Notes: a model not told the origin generated them from the sequence alone. Counted from the first letter of the stretch, positions 32,034 to 42,884 are shown. The stretch: DNA of 64,000 nt from Candidatus Omnitrophota bacterium (GCA_015231405.1 JADGBR010000001.1:5859-69858); one strand, 5' to 3'. Numbers and translations are program-made.

Positions 32034-32228
32034 GTGAAGGCCATAGAATTAAGGAATATGACGGAAGCCGAGATCGAACATACGGCTAGAACTTTGAGGG
32101 AAAAATACTTCGAGCTTCGGGCAGAGTTCGCTACCGGCAGGATCGAAAGGCCCCACAGACTTGGACAAATGAAAAAAGATCTGGCCAGGTGCTATACAAT
32201 ATTAAAGGAGAAGAAAAGTGGCAAATAA
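32034..32228 (+). CDS. rpmC: 50S ribosomal protein L29
   Basis: KAIELR...KKDLAR; operon position. Confidence 0.93.
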   Translation: MKAIELRNMTEAEIEHTARTLREKYFELRAEFATGRIERPHRLGQMKKDLARCYTILKEKKSGK

Positions 32229-32481
32229 GATCAAGGCAAAAACGATGGTCGGTACCGTCACCAGCGATAAGATGGACAAGGCTATAGTCATACAGGTTGA
32301 AGAGCATAAAAGGCATAGCAAATACCAGAAATTTGTAAAAGGATATAAGAAAATTAAGGCCAGGGACGAAAAAGAGGAAGCCGGCATAGGCGATACAGTT
32401 AAGATCGCGGAAACAAGGCCGCTTTCCAGGGAAATATGCTGGAAATTAGTTGAAATAATCGTTAAGGCCGAAAGGGGATAG
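32218..32481 (+). CDS. rpsQ: 30S ribosomal protein S17
   Basis: SDKMDK, ETRPLS. Confidence 0.96.
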   Translation: MANKIKAKTMVGTVTSDKMDKAIVIQVEEHKRHSKYQKFVKGYKKIKARDEKEEAGIGDTVKIAETRPLSREICWKLVEIIVKAERG

Positions 32482-32486
32482 TCGCC

Positions 32487-32855
32487 ATGTTGATGATGAA
32501 TTCGAAAATGGATGTAGCTGATAACACCGGGGCAAAAAAAGCCTCTATGATAGGCGTTATAAAAAAATCCGGTACGCTGGTAGCCGAGGTAGGCGATGTA
32601 ATAACTTGTAACATCAAGGAAGCGGCGCCCGACGGGGAAGTTAAGAAAGGTGAAGTTGTTCAGGCCGTGATAGTCAGGACCGCGAACCCGATCAGGCGTG
32701 ACGACGGAACAGTGCTTCGTTTTGACAGGAATGCCGTTGTGATCATCGATAAAGACGGCAATCCGAGGGGAAGCAGGGTCTTCGGTCCGGTGGCACGCGA
32801 GCTAAGAAAAAAGAATTTTATGAAGATCATTTCGCTTGCTCCCGAAGTTGTATAA
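32487..32855 (+). CDS. rplN: 50S ribosomal protein L14
   Basis: [22 protein letters not shown]. Confidence 0.98.
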   Translation: MLMMNSKMDVADNTGAKKASMIGVIKKSGTLVAEVGDVITCNIKEAAPDGEVKKGEVVQAVIVRTANPIRRDDGTVLRFDRNAVVIIDKDGNPRGSRVFGPVARELRKKNFMKIISLAPEVV

Positions 32856-32890
32856 CAATAGGCTATGAACGGCAGAGCCGGAGGTTTTTA

Positions 32891-33202
32891 ATGCTGAAAA
32901 TAAAGAAGAACGATATAGTTAAGGTGCTAGCGGGGAAAGACAAGGGCAAAAGCGGTAAGGTAATTACCGTGATGCACTCTGAGAGGAGGGCTCTAGTCCA
33001 GGGAGTGAACTTTGCCAAGAAGCACGTGAGAAAAAAACAGAAGGAACAGCAGGGCGGAATAGTTCTTAAAGAAGCGCCTGTAGCGATATCCAACCTCGCA
33101 CTCATTTGCAAAAGGTGCAACAAGGCTACGCGGATCGGCATGGATATTCTGGCTGACGGGAGCAAAGCAAGGTTCTGTAAAAAGTGCCAGGAGGTACTGT
33201 AA
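32891..33202 (+). CDS. rplX: 50S ribosomal protein L24
   Basis: KOW motif GKDKGKSG. Confidence 0.97.
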   Translation: MLKIKKNDIVKVLAGKDKGKSGKVITVMHSERRALVQGVNFAKKHVRKKQKEQQGGIVLKEAPVAISNLALICKRCNKATRIGMDILADGSKARFCKKCQEVL

Positions 33203-33745
33203 ATGGCGAGTCTTATAGATGTATATAAAGATGCGGCGGTAAAAAATCTGATGCAGAAGTTCAAATACAAGAACGTTATGCAAGTCCCTCGTATTAAGAA
33301 GATAGTCGTTAACGTCGGTATGGGAGCTATGGCCCATGAAAAGGAGCTTGTCGAACTTGTGAGAGAAGAGTTATCGATAATAACCGGACAGAAGCCGATG
33401 CTGGCGAGATCAAAAAAAGCGATTTCAAATTTCAAGATCCGCGAGGGAGTTCCCGTAGGATATAAGGTAACGCTCAGAGGAAAACGGATGTACGAGTTCC
33501 TCTATAAGCTGATAAACTTCTGCATTCCCAGGATCAGGGACTTCAGGGGAGTTTCAAGGACGGCATTCGACGGTGACGGCAACTACACACTGGGGGTAAA
33601 GGAACAGTCTATATTCCCGGAATTGGACGTCAACAAGGTAGCCAAATCGCATGGTATGGATATTTGTATAGTCACCTCGGCGGGGACAAAGGAAGAGTCA
33701 TTCGCGCTCCTCGAGGAATTGGGAATGCCGTTCTCCAAGAAATGA
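33203..33745 (+). CDS. rplE: 50S ribosomal protein L5
   Basis: [14 protein letters not shown]. Confidence 0.98.
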   Translation: MASLIDVYKDAAVKNLMQKFKYKNVMQVPRIKKIVVNVGMGAMAHEKELVELVREELSIITGQKPMLARSKKAISNFKIREGVPVGYKVTLRGKRMYEFLYKLINFCIPRIRDFRGVSRTAFDGDGNYTLGVKEQSIFPELDVNKVAKSHGMDICIVTSAGTKEESFALLEELGMPFSKK

Positions 33746-33761
33746 TCGAAAGGGAATAACT

Positions 33762-33947
33762 ATGGCGAAAAAAAGTTTGATAGTGAAATCACAAAGAAAA
33801 CCGAAATTCAGCACAAGGACCATAACCCGGTGCCAGATCTGCGGCAGAAAAAAAGGTTATATGAGGCGTTTTAAATTGTGCCGTATATGTTTTAGGGAAT
33901 TGGCCTCTAAGGGAGTTATTCCCGGGGTGAGGAAAGCGAGCTGGTAA
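33762..33947 (+). CDS. rpsN: 30S ribosomal protein S14, zinc-binding type Z
   Basis: 61 aa; CQIC...CRIC; KASW. Confidence 0.97.
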   Translation: MAKKSLIVKSQRKPKFSTRTITRCQICGRKKGYMRRFKLCRICFRELASKGVIPGVRKASW

Positions 33948-33986
33948 CAAAAGGCCCTCGGGCCGAGAAATTAAAGAGGAGAACAA

Positions 33987-34385
33987 ATGAGCGTTACGGA
34001 TTTTATAGCTGATCAGCTTACTGTAATCAGGAATGGTATAATGTCAGGCAAAAAAACCGTTATTTTGAAGCGGTCGGGCATGCTTGTCGGGATACTGGAT
34101 ATTATCAAAAAGGAAGGGTTCATTGAGGACTATCAGGTGATCGCCGATAAAATGCAGGGGAAGATAAAGGTGTACCTCAAATTTCTTGAGGATGGAACAT
34201 CTGTTCTCGAGGGCCTGGTAAAATCATCGACCCCGGGGCGTCGCAATTATGTCGTTAAGAAAAAGGTCACGAATGTCATGGGAGGTTCGGGGATAGCGAT
34301 CATTTCGACGAGCAAAGGTCTCATGACGGACAAAGAAGCCGTCGCACAGGGTATCGGCGGCGAGATGATCTGTAAAGTCTGGTAA
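33987..34385 (+). CDS. rpsH: 30S ribosomal protein S8
   Basis: STPGRR, ISTSKG, GGEMIC. Confidence 0.97.
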   Translation: MSVTDFIADQLTVIRNGIMSGKKTVILKRSGMLVGILDIIKKEGFIEDYQVIADKMQGKIKVYLKFLEDGTSVLEGLVKSSTPGRRNYVVKKKVTNVMGGSGIAIISTSKGLMTDKEAVAQGIGGEMICKVW

Positions 34386-34411
34386 TCTGTAATCACCAAA
34401 AAGAGGGAAAA

Positions 34412-34948
34412 ATGTCAAGAGTAGGGAAAAAAGTCATAGAAGTTCCGGCCGCCGTTAAGGTCGAGATAATAGGAAGGCAGGTCAAGATCGAATCAAAAGG
34501 AAAAAAGATCGAACACCTGATCCCTGAGGGTTTTAAAGCTGAGCTTAAGGATAAAAGCCTTTGCATCATAAGGCCGGCTGATGACCGGGAATCAAGGTCA
34601 CTTCATGGGACCACCAGGAGCCTTTTAAACAACATCTTTATCGGTCTTAAGGACGGGTTCCAGAAAAAACTGGAATTACATGGAGTAGGATACCGTGTCC
34701 AGATGAAGGGGAAGAACCTTTCTCTTGAGATCGGGAAAACTCATCCCGTTATTTACAATACGCCGGAAGGGATAACCATTGAAACACCGACGCAGACCGA
34801 GATAGTAATAAAAGGGATCGATAAACAGCTGGTAGGTCATGTGGCCGCCGAAATAAGGGGTATTTACCCGCCGGAACCATATAAGGGCAAAGGCATTAAA
34901 TATTCGGGCGAAGTCATAAGAAGGAAGCAGGGTAAGAGTATTGCGTAA
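34412..34948 (+). CDS. rplF: 50S ribosomal protein L6
   Basis: MSRVGK, PEPYKGKGI. Confidence 0.98.
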   Translation: MSRVGKKVIEVPAAVKVEIIGRQVKIESKGKKIEHLIPEGFKAELKDKSLCIIRPADDRESRSLHGTTRSLLNNIFIGLKDGFQKKLELHGVGYRVQMKGKNLSLEIGKTHPVIYNTPEGITIETPTQTEIVIKGIDKQLVGHVAAEIRGIYPPEPYKGKGIKYSGEVIRRKQGKSIA

Positions 34949-34998
34949 AGATTTTGGCCGACAGGTCTGGAAAAAAATAAGGTAAAAAGGGAATTCAG

Positions 34999-35361
34999 AT
35001 GGACAAATATCAAAGGTTAGCGAGACGTAAAATGACAATCAGGAAAAAGGTGCATGGGACGGTAGAGCGTCCGAGAATGCTTCTTACCAAAAGCCTTAAG
35101 AACATGACAACGCAGATCATAGACGATAACGAAGGGAAGACGATCTTCGGGCTCAGCACACTATCTAAGGATATTTCCTTGAAGCTGAAAAAAGCCAATA
35201 AAAGCAACGTCGCTTCGGCGATGCTTTTGGGAGAAGAGGTGGCGAAAGGCGCGTTGAAAAAAGGGATTAAAAAAGTTGTATTTGACAGGGCCGGAAATAA
35301 ATATCATGGCGTGGTGAAGGCGTTTGCGGATTCAGCCAGGAAAAGCGGTTTGGAATTTTAG
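34999..35361 (+). CDS. rplR: 50S ribosomal protein L18
   Basis: VVFDRAG.KYHG. Confidence 0.97.
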   Translation: MDKYQRLARRKMTIRKKVHGTVERPRMLLTKSLKNMTTQIIDDNEGKTIFGLSTLSKDISLKLKKANKSNVASAMLLGEEVAKGALKKGIKKVVFDRAGNKYHGVVKAFADSARKSGLEF

Positions 35362-35371
35362 GGAGGTAGTA

Positions 35372-35989
35372 ATGGCATTTGGCGATAAAAGAGCGGATAA
35401 ACCCGCCGGGAAACAGAGTAAAGACGAGCCGGCACCCGTCCCCGGGGCGGAGCAACCCAAGACAGAAGAGGTAACTTCAGTAACGCCCGTCGAGGAAGAA
35501 CCAAGACCGATATCTGATATTGTAAGGGGCAAGAAGGAACAGGTAACGGACACGATCGAGCAGGTCGTAAAGATCAAAAGGGTATCTAAGGTCGTAAAAG
35601 GCGGAAAGAATTTTTCTTTTAACGCGCTTGTGATAGCCGGAGACGGAAAGGGAAGAGTAGGTATTGGTTTCGGTAAATCCAATGAAGTGGTGGGCGCCAT
35701 AATGAAGGGGACTAACGACGCTAAGGCAAACTATGTCAAGATACAGACCAAAGGAGATACAATACCCCATGAGATCACGGGTAAATTCAAATCGGCCAGG
35801 GTCATTCTTAAACCTGCCGGCCCTGGAACGGGAGTTATAGCCGGTGGTCCGGTCAGGGCGATGTGCGACGCGGCCGGCATCAAGAACATTCTGTCAAAAA
35901 GTCTTGGCTCCAGGAACGCCTGTAACGTTGTCAAGGCGACCATGGACGGTTTCATGAAACTGAGGCTTCAAAGAAAAGGTTCAGCATAA
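35372..35989 (+). CDS. rpsE: 30S ribosomal protein S5 with long N-terminal extension
   Basis: GGAGG RBS before ATG 35372; [17 protein letters not shown]. Confidence 0.96.
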   Translation: MAFGDKRADKPAGKQSKDEPAPVPGAEQPKTEEVTSVTPVEEEPRPISDIVRGKKEQVTDTIEQVVKIKRVSKVVKGGKNFSFNALVIAGDGKGRVGIGFGKSNEVVGAIMKGTNDAKANYVKIQTKGDTIPHEITGKFKSARVILKPAGPGTGVIAGGPVRAMCDAAGIKNILSKSLGSRNACNVVKATMDGFMKLRLQRKGSA

Positions 35990-36001
35990 AGAGGTATAGA
36001 C

Positions 36002-36475
36002 ATGACGCTCAAGTTAGAAAATATCGGAAGGCCTAGTGGATACAAAAAACCCGGTAAGCGAAAAGGCAGGGGGACGGGTTCGGGAAAGGGCAAAACTGCA
36101 GGCAAAGGGCATAAAGGTGCTTTAGCAAGGTCAGGCGGAGGCACATATAACCCCGGATTCGAAGGCGGACAGATGCCCCTCATCAGAAGGATCCCGAAAA
36201 GAGGTTTTACGAACATATTCAAGACCAAATGGAACCTTATAAATTTGGGCGTTCTTGAATCTTCTCCGCTCGTGGAAAGCGGGGCTGTTATTGATAAAGG
36301 TTTTCTTTTAAGGAACAGGATGCTTAAAAAGAAAGAGCTTCCGTTAAAAGTTCTCGCAAAAGGAAAATTGTCAAAAACGCTTATTGTTAAAGCCGATAAA
36401 TTCGCCGTTTCAGCGAGGGAAGCGATAGAGGCGGCAGGCGGTAAAGCGGAGATAGTTGCCGGCGTAAAACTTTAA
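36002..36475 (+). CDS. rplO: 50S ribosomal protein L15
   Basis: GRGTGSGKGKT, FEGGQMPL. Confidence 0.98.
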   Translation: MTLKLENIGRPSGYKKPGKRKGRGTGSGKGKTAGKGHKGALARSGGGTYNPGFEGGQMPLIRRIPKRGFTNIFKTKWNLINLGVLESSPLVESGAVIDKGFLLRNRMLKKKELPLKVLAKGKLSKTLIVKADKFAVSAREAIEAAGGKAEIVAGVKL

Positions 36476-36487
36476 AAGGAGTTTTAA

Positions 36488-37837
36488 GTGCTCGAATCAT
36501 ACGTCAATATTTTCAAGATCCCTGATCTCAGGAAAAAAGTCCTATTCACCCTTGGGATTATACTTGTATACAGGGTAGGATCCTTTATTCCCACTCCGGG
36601 CATAGACGGAGCGAAACTGGCCATGTTCTTTGATAACATGGCGAAAACACAGGGAGGGACCCTCTTCAGCATAATGAATATGTTCTCCGGCGGAGCCATG
36701 GAGAGGCTTACAATATTCGCGTTGGGGATCATGCCGTACATTTCTTCGTCTATCATAATGCAACTTTTAACGACAGTTATCCCGGCGCTCGAGAGGTTGG
36801 CTAAGCAGGGTGATGAAGGTCGAAAGCAGATAACTCAGTTGACCCGTTACGGGACGATCGTGCTGGCTATCATACAATCGTATTTTATCGCATTGTGGCT
36901 GGAGAATCCGGCTCGATTCCAGGGCATGGAAATAGTGCCAAGCCCCGGAGCGGGGTTCAGGGTGCTGACGGTACTCACACTTACGACCGGAACAGCTTTC
37001 ATTATGTGGCTCGGTGAGCAGATCCAGGAAAAAGGGATCGGGAACGGTATGTCCATTATAATCACCGCGGGTATCGTATCCAGAATGCCCTCAGCAATTT
37101 TCCAGATGGCCAGCCTCATCGCTCCGGGTACATCGGGTGAATCCCAGATATCGCCGTTTAAGGCAGTTTTTCTTGTTTTTATGTTCGTCGCGGTAGTTCT
37201 TGCCGTTATCCTAATATCCCAGGGACAAAGGAAGATCCCGGTACAGTATGCCAAGAGGGTGGTGGGGAGGAAGATATACGGAGGTCAAAGCACCTTCATT
37301 CCTTTGAGGGTTAACCAGGGCGGTGTTATCCCAATTATTTTCGCTCAGTCGATACTGATGTTCCCGGCGACGATAGCCGGGATAGTCCCGAATAAAGCAG
37401 TTCTCGGGATAGGTAACGCGCTCATGATGGGCCAACCCTTGCATTATTTCCTTTATACCCTTTTAATCCTTTTCTTCTGCTATTTTTATGCTGCCATAAC
37501 ATTTAATCCGATCGATATGGCGAACAATATGAAAAGATTCGGTGGGTTCGTTCCGGGAATAAGGCCGGGCAAACAGACGGCGGAATATTTTGATTTCATA
37601 ATGACAAGGATAACACTGCCGGGCGCGGTTTTTCTGGCGATAATAGCGATATTGCCCGAAATTATTAATACCAAGATCGGAATACCATACCTGGTAGCCA
37701 GCTTTTTCGGAGGTACGGGATTGTTGATCATTGTCGGTGTAATGCTCGATACTATGCGCCAGATAGAGTCGCATTTATTGATGCGTCATTATGAGGGTTT
37801 TATGAAAAAGGGCAGGATCAGGGGGCGTCTCACGTGA
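36488..37837 (+). CDS. secY: Preprotein translocase SecY
   Basis: ALGIMPYI, GIGNG.S, PGIRPG; multiple TM segments. Confidence 0.98.
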   Translation: MLESYVNIFKIPDLRKKVLFTLGIILVYRVGSFIPTPGIDGAKLAMFFDNMAKTQGGTLFSIMNMFSGGAMERLTIFALGIMPYISSSIIMQLLTTVIPALERLAKQGDEGRKQITQLTRYGTIVLAIIQSYFIALWLENPARFQGMEIVPSPGAGFRVLTVLTLTTGTAFIMWLGEQIQEKGIGNGMSIIITAGIVSRMPSAIFQMASLIAPGTSGESQISPFKAVFLVFMFVAVVLAVILISQGQRKIPVQYAKRVVGRKIYGGQSTFIPLRVNQGGVIPIIFAQSILMFPATIAGIVPNKAVLGIGNALMMGQPLHYFLYTLLILFFCYFYAAITFNPIDMANNMKRFGGFVPGIRPGKQTAEYFDFIMTRITLPGAVFLAIIAILPEIINTKIGIPYLVASFFGGTGLLIIVGVMLDTMRQIESHLLMRHYEGFMKKGRIRGRLT

Positions 37838-38508
37838 CAGTCACTAAACAGCTCAACATGATATTACTGGGAGCGCCTGGAGCCGGTAAAGGCACACAGG
37901 CGGAGATACTTGTAAAAAATTACGGACTTCTACATATCTCCACGGGGAATATGCTGAGGGAAGCGGTAAAGGAAGGAAGCCCGATAGGGAAGCAGCTTTC
38001 CGAATTTATGTCGAAAGGAGCGCTCGTTCCCGATGAGATCGTTACTAAGGTTGTTATAGACCGGATGGCTAAGCCTGACGCGCAAAAAGGGGTGATACTC
38101 GATGGGTATCCCAGAACCAAGGTTCAGGCAAAGTCCCTGGACGAATCACTCAATGCTTCGAAGAAAAATCTTCAGGCAGTTCTTTACCTGAAAGTATCGG
38201 AAGCTGTTGTTATCGAAAGGTTATGCGGACGAAGAGGGTGTAAAGATTGCGGTAAGATATTTCATGTGAAAAATATGCCTCCCAAGAAAGAAGGGATCTG
38301 TGATGTTTGCGGCGGAGCACTTTTTCAGCGGGAAGATGATAAGCCCGAGACAATAAAGACCCGTCTCAAAGTTTATGAGGAAAGCACGAAGGACCTTATT
38401 GAGTATTATAAAGCGAAGGGACTTTTAAGGGAAATGGACGCCGGTAGCGACCCCGACGCCTTGTTCAAGGAAATTAACGTTCTTTTTCAGAAAGAGGGTC
38501 TCTTATAA
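37834..38508 (+). CDS. adk: Adenylate kinase with zinc lid
   Basis: GAPGAGKGT, LDGYPR, CKDC/CDVC. Confidence 0.97.
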   Translation: MTVTKQLNMILLGAPGAGKGTQAEILVKNYGLLHISTGNMLREAVKEGSPIGKQLSEFMSKGALVPDEIVTKVVIDRMAKPDAQKGVILDGYPRTKVQAKSLDESLNASKKNLQAVLYLKVSEAVVIERLCGRRGCKDCGKIFHVKNMPPKKEGICDVCGGALFQREDDKPETIKTRLKVYEESTKDLIEYYKAKGLLREMDAGSDPDALFKEINVLFQKEGLL

Positions 38509-39252
38509 ATGACCTTTGTGATCCGGGAACCTGAACTTAGCCAGATAAGGGATTCTGGAAAAGTTCTAAAGAAAGTTTTTGAGTGGGTCGGGAAGAATAT
38601 CCTGGAAGGCGTTTCTACTCTCGAGTTGGACGCCAGGATAGAGAAGATCATACTCGAAAACCAGGCGAAGCCGGCCTTTAAGGGGTATAAAGGTTATCCG
38701 GCTTCCATCTGCGCGTCCGTTAACTCAGTTGTTGTTCACGGGATACCTAGCAAAAAAGAGGTATTGAGGAACGGTGATATCGTGAGCATTGACGTTGGCG
38801 TTTATAAGAACGGTTTTTTTACGGATGCGGCAAGGACATATCCGGTCGGTAGGATATCCTCCGAGGCGGAAGATCTGATAGAGGCGGCTAGAGTTAGCCT
38901 TAAAGAAGGATCTGAAAAGGCTGTAGCCGGAAATAGGTTGGGGGATATATCGAACGCGGTTCAAACGGTCATAAAAAAATACGGCTATAAAGAAGTAAGG
39001 TCGTTCGTAGGTCACGGGATAGGCAAGGAGTTGCACGAGGAACCTGAAGTTCCGAACTGGGGGGAAAAAGGGAAAGGAATACTCCTGGAAGAGGGGCTGG
39101 TCATAGCGATAGAGCCTATGGTTAATATGGGAACGCGTGAGGTTGAAATACTTAGCGATGGTTGGACAGTCGCGACAAAAGACCGAAAAATATCCGCTCA
39201 TTTCGAGAATACGGTAATAGTGGGACGATCAAAAGCGGAGGAGATAACTTGA
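38509..39252 (+). CDS. map: Methionine aminopeptidase type I
   Basis: VVHGIP, GHGIG..LHEEP, IEPM, AHFE. Confidence 0.97.
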   Translation: MTFVIREPELSQIRDSGKVLKKVFEWVGKNILEGVSTLELDARIEKIILENQAKPAFKGYKGYPASICASVNSVVVHGIPSKKEVLRNGDIVSIDVGVYKNGFFTDAARTYPVGRISSEAEDLIEAARVSLKEGSEKAVAGNRLGDISNAVQTVIKKYGYKEVRSFVGHGIGKELHEEPEVPNWGEKGKGILLEEGLVIAIEPMVNMGTREVEILSDGWTVATKDRKISAHFENTVIVGRSKAEEIT

Positions 39253-39470
39253 GCCCGAAAGAAGAAGCGATAGTAGTAGAAGGAGAGGTGACCGAGGTTC
39301 TGCCCAATGCCATGTTTAGGGTTAAGTTGACGAACGGGCACGGGGTTTTGGCGCATGTTTCCGGAAAAATGAGGATGTATTTCATCAGGATAATACCGGG
39401 CGATAAAGTCACAGTGGAATTGTCGCCATATGACCTAACCAGAGGAAGAATAGTCAGGAGAGATAAATGA
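39249..39470 (+). CDS. infA: Translation initiation factor IF-1
   Basis: TTG start after GGAGGAG; [21 protein letters not shown]. Confidence 0.95.
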   Translation: MSPKEEAIVVEGEVTEVLPNAMFRVKLTNGHGVLAHVSGKMRMYFIRIIPGDKVTVELSPYDLTRGRIVRRDK

Positions 39471-39580
39471 AAGTCCGATCAAGCGTAAGGAAAATTTGCC
39501 CTAAATGCAAGATAGTCAAAAGGGATAATGTCGTAAGGGTTATCTGCAGCGAGCCAAAGCACAAGCAGAGACAGGGATAA
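39467..39580 (+). CDS. rpmJ: 50S ribosomal protein L36 (not in the ORF track)
   Basis: Manual translation [37 protein letters not shown]. Confidence 0.97.
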   Translation: MKVRSSVRKICPKCKIVKRDNVVRVICSEPKHKQRQG

Positions 39581-39611
39581 TTATCGCACTGAAGCGATCA
39601 AAGGAGCCGAG

Positions 39612-40013
39612 ATGCCAAGGATAGTCGGAGTTGATATTCCACAGGAAAAAAGGTTGGAAATAGCCCTACAGTATATTTTCGGGATAGGGAAGACAATATC
39701 CCACAGGATACTCCAGGAAACAGGGGTATCTCCCGATAAAAAAGCCAAGGATCTTACAGATGCCGAGATAACTTCCATTACAAAGGTCATCCAGGAAAGG
39801 TTCCCTGTTGAGGGAGATCTCAGAAGGATAGTTACGGGCAACATTAAAAGGCTGATGTCGATCGGTACATTCCGGGGATCCAGGCATAAGAAGAACCTCC
39901 CTGTGAGAGGCCAGAGGACGAAGACCAACGCGAGGACCAGGAAAGGTCCCAGAAGGACTATAGGGGCTTTTAAGGACAAGGCCGTTAAGAAAGCCGCATC
40001 TCCGGCCGCGTAA
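39612..40013 (+). CDS. rpsM: 30S ribosomal protein S13
   Basis: LPVRGQRTKTNARTRKG. Confidence 0.98.
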   Translation: MPRIVGVDIPQEKRLEIALQYIFGIGKTISHRILQETGVSPDKKAKDLTDAEITSITKVIQERFPVEGDLRRIVTGNIKRLMSIGTFRGSRHKKNLPVRGQRTKTNARTRKGPRRTIGAFKDKAVKKAASPAA

Positions 40014-40064
40014 TTTATTTGCGCTATTCGTACGGCTAAGATAAAACCAATAGAGGAGTGAAAA

Positions 40065-40454
40065 GTGACAGTAAAAAAGAAAGTAAAGAAAAAGAGGGTG
40101 CAGCAAAGGATCACCAGCGGTATAATTAACGTCCACTCAACCTTCAACAACACTATTGTGACTGTTGCCGATAACAACGGGAAGGTAATTTGCTGGGCAT
40201 CCGCGGGTACTTCAGGCTTTAAAGGGTCCAGGAAATCGACACCCTTCGCGGCAAGTATAGCCGCGAAAGAGGCGGCTAAAAAAGCCAAAGCTATAGGCAT
40301 TCAGGACGTTAAGATACTGCTTAAAGGTCCCGGATCGGGAAAAGAGAGCGCCGTAAGAAGCCTCCGGACCGAAGGCCTTCAGGTAAAAAGTATAATCGAT
40401 ATAACGCCGACGCCGCATAACGGGTGCAGGCCTAGAAAGAGGAGAAGAGTATAA
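40065..40454 (+). CDS. rpsK: 30S ribosomal protein S11
   Basis: [13 protein letters not shown]. Confidence 0.98.
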   Translation: MTVKKKVKKKRVQQRITSGIINVHSTFNNTIVTVADNNGKVICWASAGTSGFKGSRKSTPFAASIAAKEAAKKAKAIGIQDVKILLKGPGSGKESAVRSLRTEGLQVKSIIDITPTPHNGCRPRKRRRV

Positions 40455-41086
40455 TGGGCAGGAATATTGGTTCATCATGCAGACTGTGCCGTCGGGAAGG
40501 GGAAAAGCTTTTTCTTAAGGGGCGCAGGTGTTCAACGGAAAAATGCGGTATAGCGAAAAGGGAATTTTCGCCCGGGCAGCACGGACTGGCCGGACAGCGT
40601 AAAAAGAACTCTAACTACGCCACTCAGCTGAGGATGAAGCAGAAGGTGAAGAGAATATACGGTGTCCTGGAAAAACAGTTCCGGAATTATTTCGATATGG
40701 CCGACCGTTCAAAAGGCGTCACCGGCGAGGTCCTCCTGCAACTCCTGGAACGGCGTCTTGATAATGTCGTTTACAGGTCCGGTTTTTCCGAATCCAGGAA
40801 TCGAGCCAGGCAGGTAGTAAGGCACAGGTTCGTTAGGGTCAACGGACGTAAAGTCGATATACCTTCTTATCATGTCGAAGCCGGGGATATCATTGAGATC
40901 ACCGGGGACGATACCCAGAGGAAGGAATTCAGGGAAGTATCTAAACTGTTCGAGGACAGAGCTATTCCGGAGTGGATGGAAGTCGCGGCGGAGAACCTGA
41001 CGATCAAAGTCGTAAAATTGCCTGCGAGAGCGGATATAGGAATGAACATCCAGGAAAGCCTTATAGTTGAATTGTATTCAAAATAG
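40454..41086 (+). CDS. rpsD: 30S ribosomal protein S4
   Basis: CRLCRREG, LERRLDN, IVELYSK. Confidence 0.98.
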   Translation: MGRNIGSSCRLCRREGEKLFLKGRRCSTEKCGIAKREFSPGQHGLAGQRKKNSNYATQLRMKQKVKRIYGVLEKQFRNYFDMADRSKGVTGEVLLQLLERRLDNVVYRSGFSESRNRARQVVRHRFVRVNGRKVDIPSYHVEAGDIIEITGDDTQRKEFREVSKLFEDRAIPEWMEVAAENLTIKVVKLPARADIGMNIQESLIVELYSK

Positions 41087-41138
41087 TCCAGAATCCGGGG
41101 CATAATTAACGTTCTCGATTAATGGGAGGGTTTGAAAA

Positions 41139-42116
41139 ATGGGGATGAAATTGAGGAATTTTGAGCTGCCGAAAAGGATCGTATTTGATGAAGAAACTTA
41201 CACCCCGAATTACGGCCGAATAGTGGCTGAACCTTTTGAGAAGGGATACGGTATAACCATAGGCAATTCGCTGAGGAGAATACTTCTGTCCTCAATAGAA
41301 GGTACGGCCGTTACCGCCGTAAAGTTCGATAAGGCGCTCCATGAGTTTACGGCTATACCCGGAGTTCTGGAAGATATACCGGAAATAGTCCTTAATATCA
41401 AAGGGTTGGTATTCAGGTCTCATTTTAAGATCCCGAAGACGCTTTACATATCGGCGAAGAAAAAAGGTGTAGTTAAAGCCGGAGACATAAAGGCTGACGA
41501 GACGGTAGAAATAATAAACAAGGATCATCACATCGCCACTTTGACAGATGACGTAGATCTTGACATAGAGCTTACTGTGGAAAGGGGCCGCGGCTATCTT
41601 CCCGCTGAAATGGGAAAGAAAGCGGATGAAGCGATAGGGATTATCCCGGTGGACGCCATGTTCTCTCCCGTAAAAAGGGTGAATTTGAACGTTATGGAGA
41701 CCAGGGTAGGGCATATAACAGATTATGACAAACTTGAGCTTGAGCTGTTCACGAATGGGAGCATGGAACCGAAGGAAGTCCTTCTTTACGCGGCCAACAT
41801 TCTTCAACGCCACCTTGACATATTCCTGACGGTCGGGACACTGCCGGAAGAGTTCGAAGAGGAGGAAGAGGTCGAAAAGGACAAAGAAGAGATGAGGAAC
41901 AAGCTTAAGAAACCGATATCTGAGCTTGAACTTTCCGTTAGAAGTTCGAATTGTCTGGCGGAGGCTAACATACGCACTATTGGGGATCTTGTCCGCAAAA
42001 AAGAAACGGAAATGCTGAAATATAAGAATTTCGGAAAAAAATCCCTTACGGAGATAAATAATATACTGCAGTCGATGGGGCTCCACCTTGGGATGGAGAT
42101 GGATGAGGAATCGTAG
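41139..42116 (+). CDS. rpoA: RNA polymerase alpha subunit
   Basis: TIGNSLRRILLS, LSVRSSNCL, NFGKKSL. Confidence 0.98.
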   Translation: MGMKLRNFELPKRIVFDEETYTPNYGRIVAEPFEKGYGITIGNSLRRILLSSIEGTAVTAVKFDKALHEFTAIPGVLEDIPEIVLNIKGLVFRSHFKIPKTLYISAKKKGVVKAGDIKADETVEIINKDHHIATLTDDVDLDIELTVERGRGYLPAEMGKKADEAIGIIPVDAMFSPVKRVNLNVMETRVGHITDYDKLELELFTNGSMEPKEVLLYAANILQRHLDIFLTVGTLPEEFEEEEEVEKDKEEMRNKLKKPISELELSVRSSNCLAEANIRTIGDLVRKKETEMLKYKNFGKKSLTEINNILQSMGLHLGMEMDEES

Positions 42117-42152
42117 GTCATACACGGGCATACACGGGAGAAATGAGAGATT

Positions 42153-42827
42153 ATGAGACATTTAAATCAAACCGGGAAATTATCCAGAAGGCAGAGCCAC
42201 AGGAAAGCGCTCATGAAGAATATGGCGGTCGCGCTCCTAAGGTATCAGAGGATCAAGACCACTTATCAGAAAGCTGAAGCACTGCAGTCGTACATCGAAC
42301 CGTTGATAACATTGGCTAAGAACAATCTTTCCTCCGTAGCGGCTAGGAGGCAGATATTCAGGAGACTTTGCGATAAGGACATCGTTAAATTGCTTTTTGA
42401 CGAATTAGCCCCGCTTTTTAAAGATGTCCCGGGCGGTTACACGCGCAAACTGAATATTGCCCGCAGGACCGGAGACGGTGCGGAGATGGTACTTCTTGAA
42501 CTTACAAAAAGGACTATTTCAGACAACGATATTATAGGTGAACCTAAGGCGCCAAAAGAGGAAAAAGCGAAGAAGAAGAAAGCCAAGGGGGAGGTTCCGA
42601 AAGAGAAGGAACAAAAGAAAAAGCCCGGGAAAACCCAGGACAAAGAAGCATCCTCGGAAACAAAAGCGTCAGATAAACATGCCGGCGTGCACGATGTCGT
42701 TGAAGAAAAGAAAGAAGAACATTTCGCCGAAGATGTCAAAAAAGACAAGGCTAAGAAAGAACAGTCCAAGGTAATTAAAAAAGGCCGTGATATTTTTAGG
42801 CGATTCAGAAGAAAGACGATAGATTAA
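42153..42827 (+). CDS. rplQ: 50S ribosomal protein L17 with ~100-aa Lys/Glu-rich tail
   Basis: MRH...IKTT..KA, GGYTR, RRTGDGAEM. Confidence 0.96.
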   Translation: MRHLNQTGKLSRRQSHRKALMKNMAVALLRYQRIKTTYQKAEALQSYIEPLITLAKNNLSSVAARRQIFRRLCDKDIVKLLFDELAPLFKDVPGGYTRKLNIARRTGDGAEMVLLELTKRTISDNDIIGEPKAPKEEKAKKKKAKGEVPKEKEQKKKPGKTQDKEASSETKASDKHAGVHDVVEEKKEEHFAEDVKKDKAKKEQSKVIKKGRDIFRRFRRKTID

Positions 42828-42849
42828 TTTCTCTCAAATCGAGTTATTG

Positions 42850-42884
42850 AAAAGGACGTTTGTTAATAGCAAACGTCCTTTTTA
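42850..42884 (+). terminator. Intrinsic terminator ending the ribosomal superoperon
   Basis: AAAAGGACGTTTG-TTAATAG-CAAACGTCCTTTTT. Confidence 0.88.

Noticed and set aside
39162-39248. N-terminal extension of IF-1 in the ORF track
   Set aside because: It overlaps map; TTG 39249 with a GGAGGAG RBS gives a normal-length IF-1.
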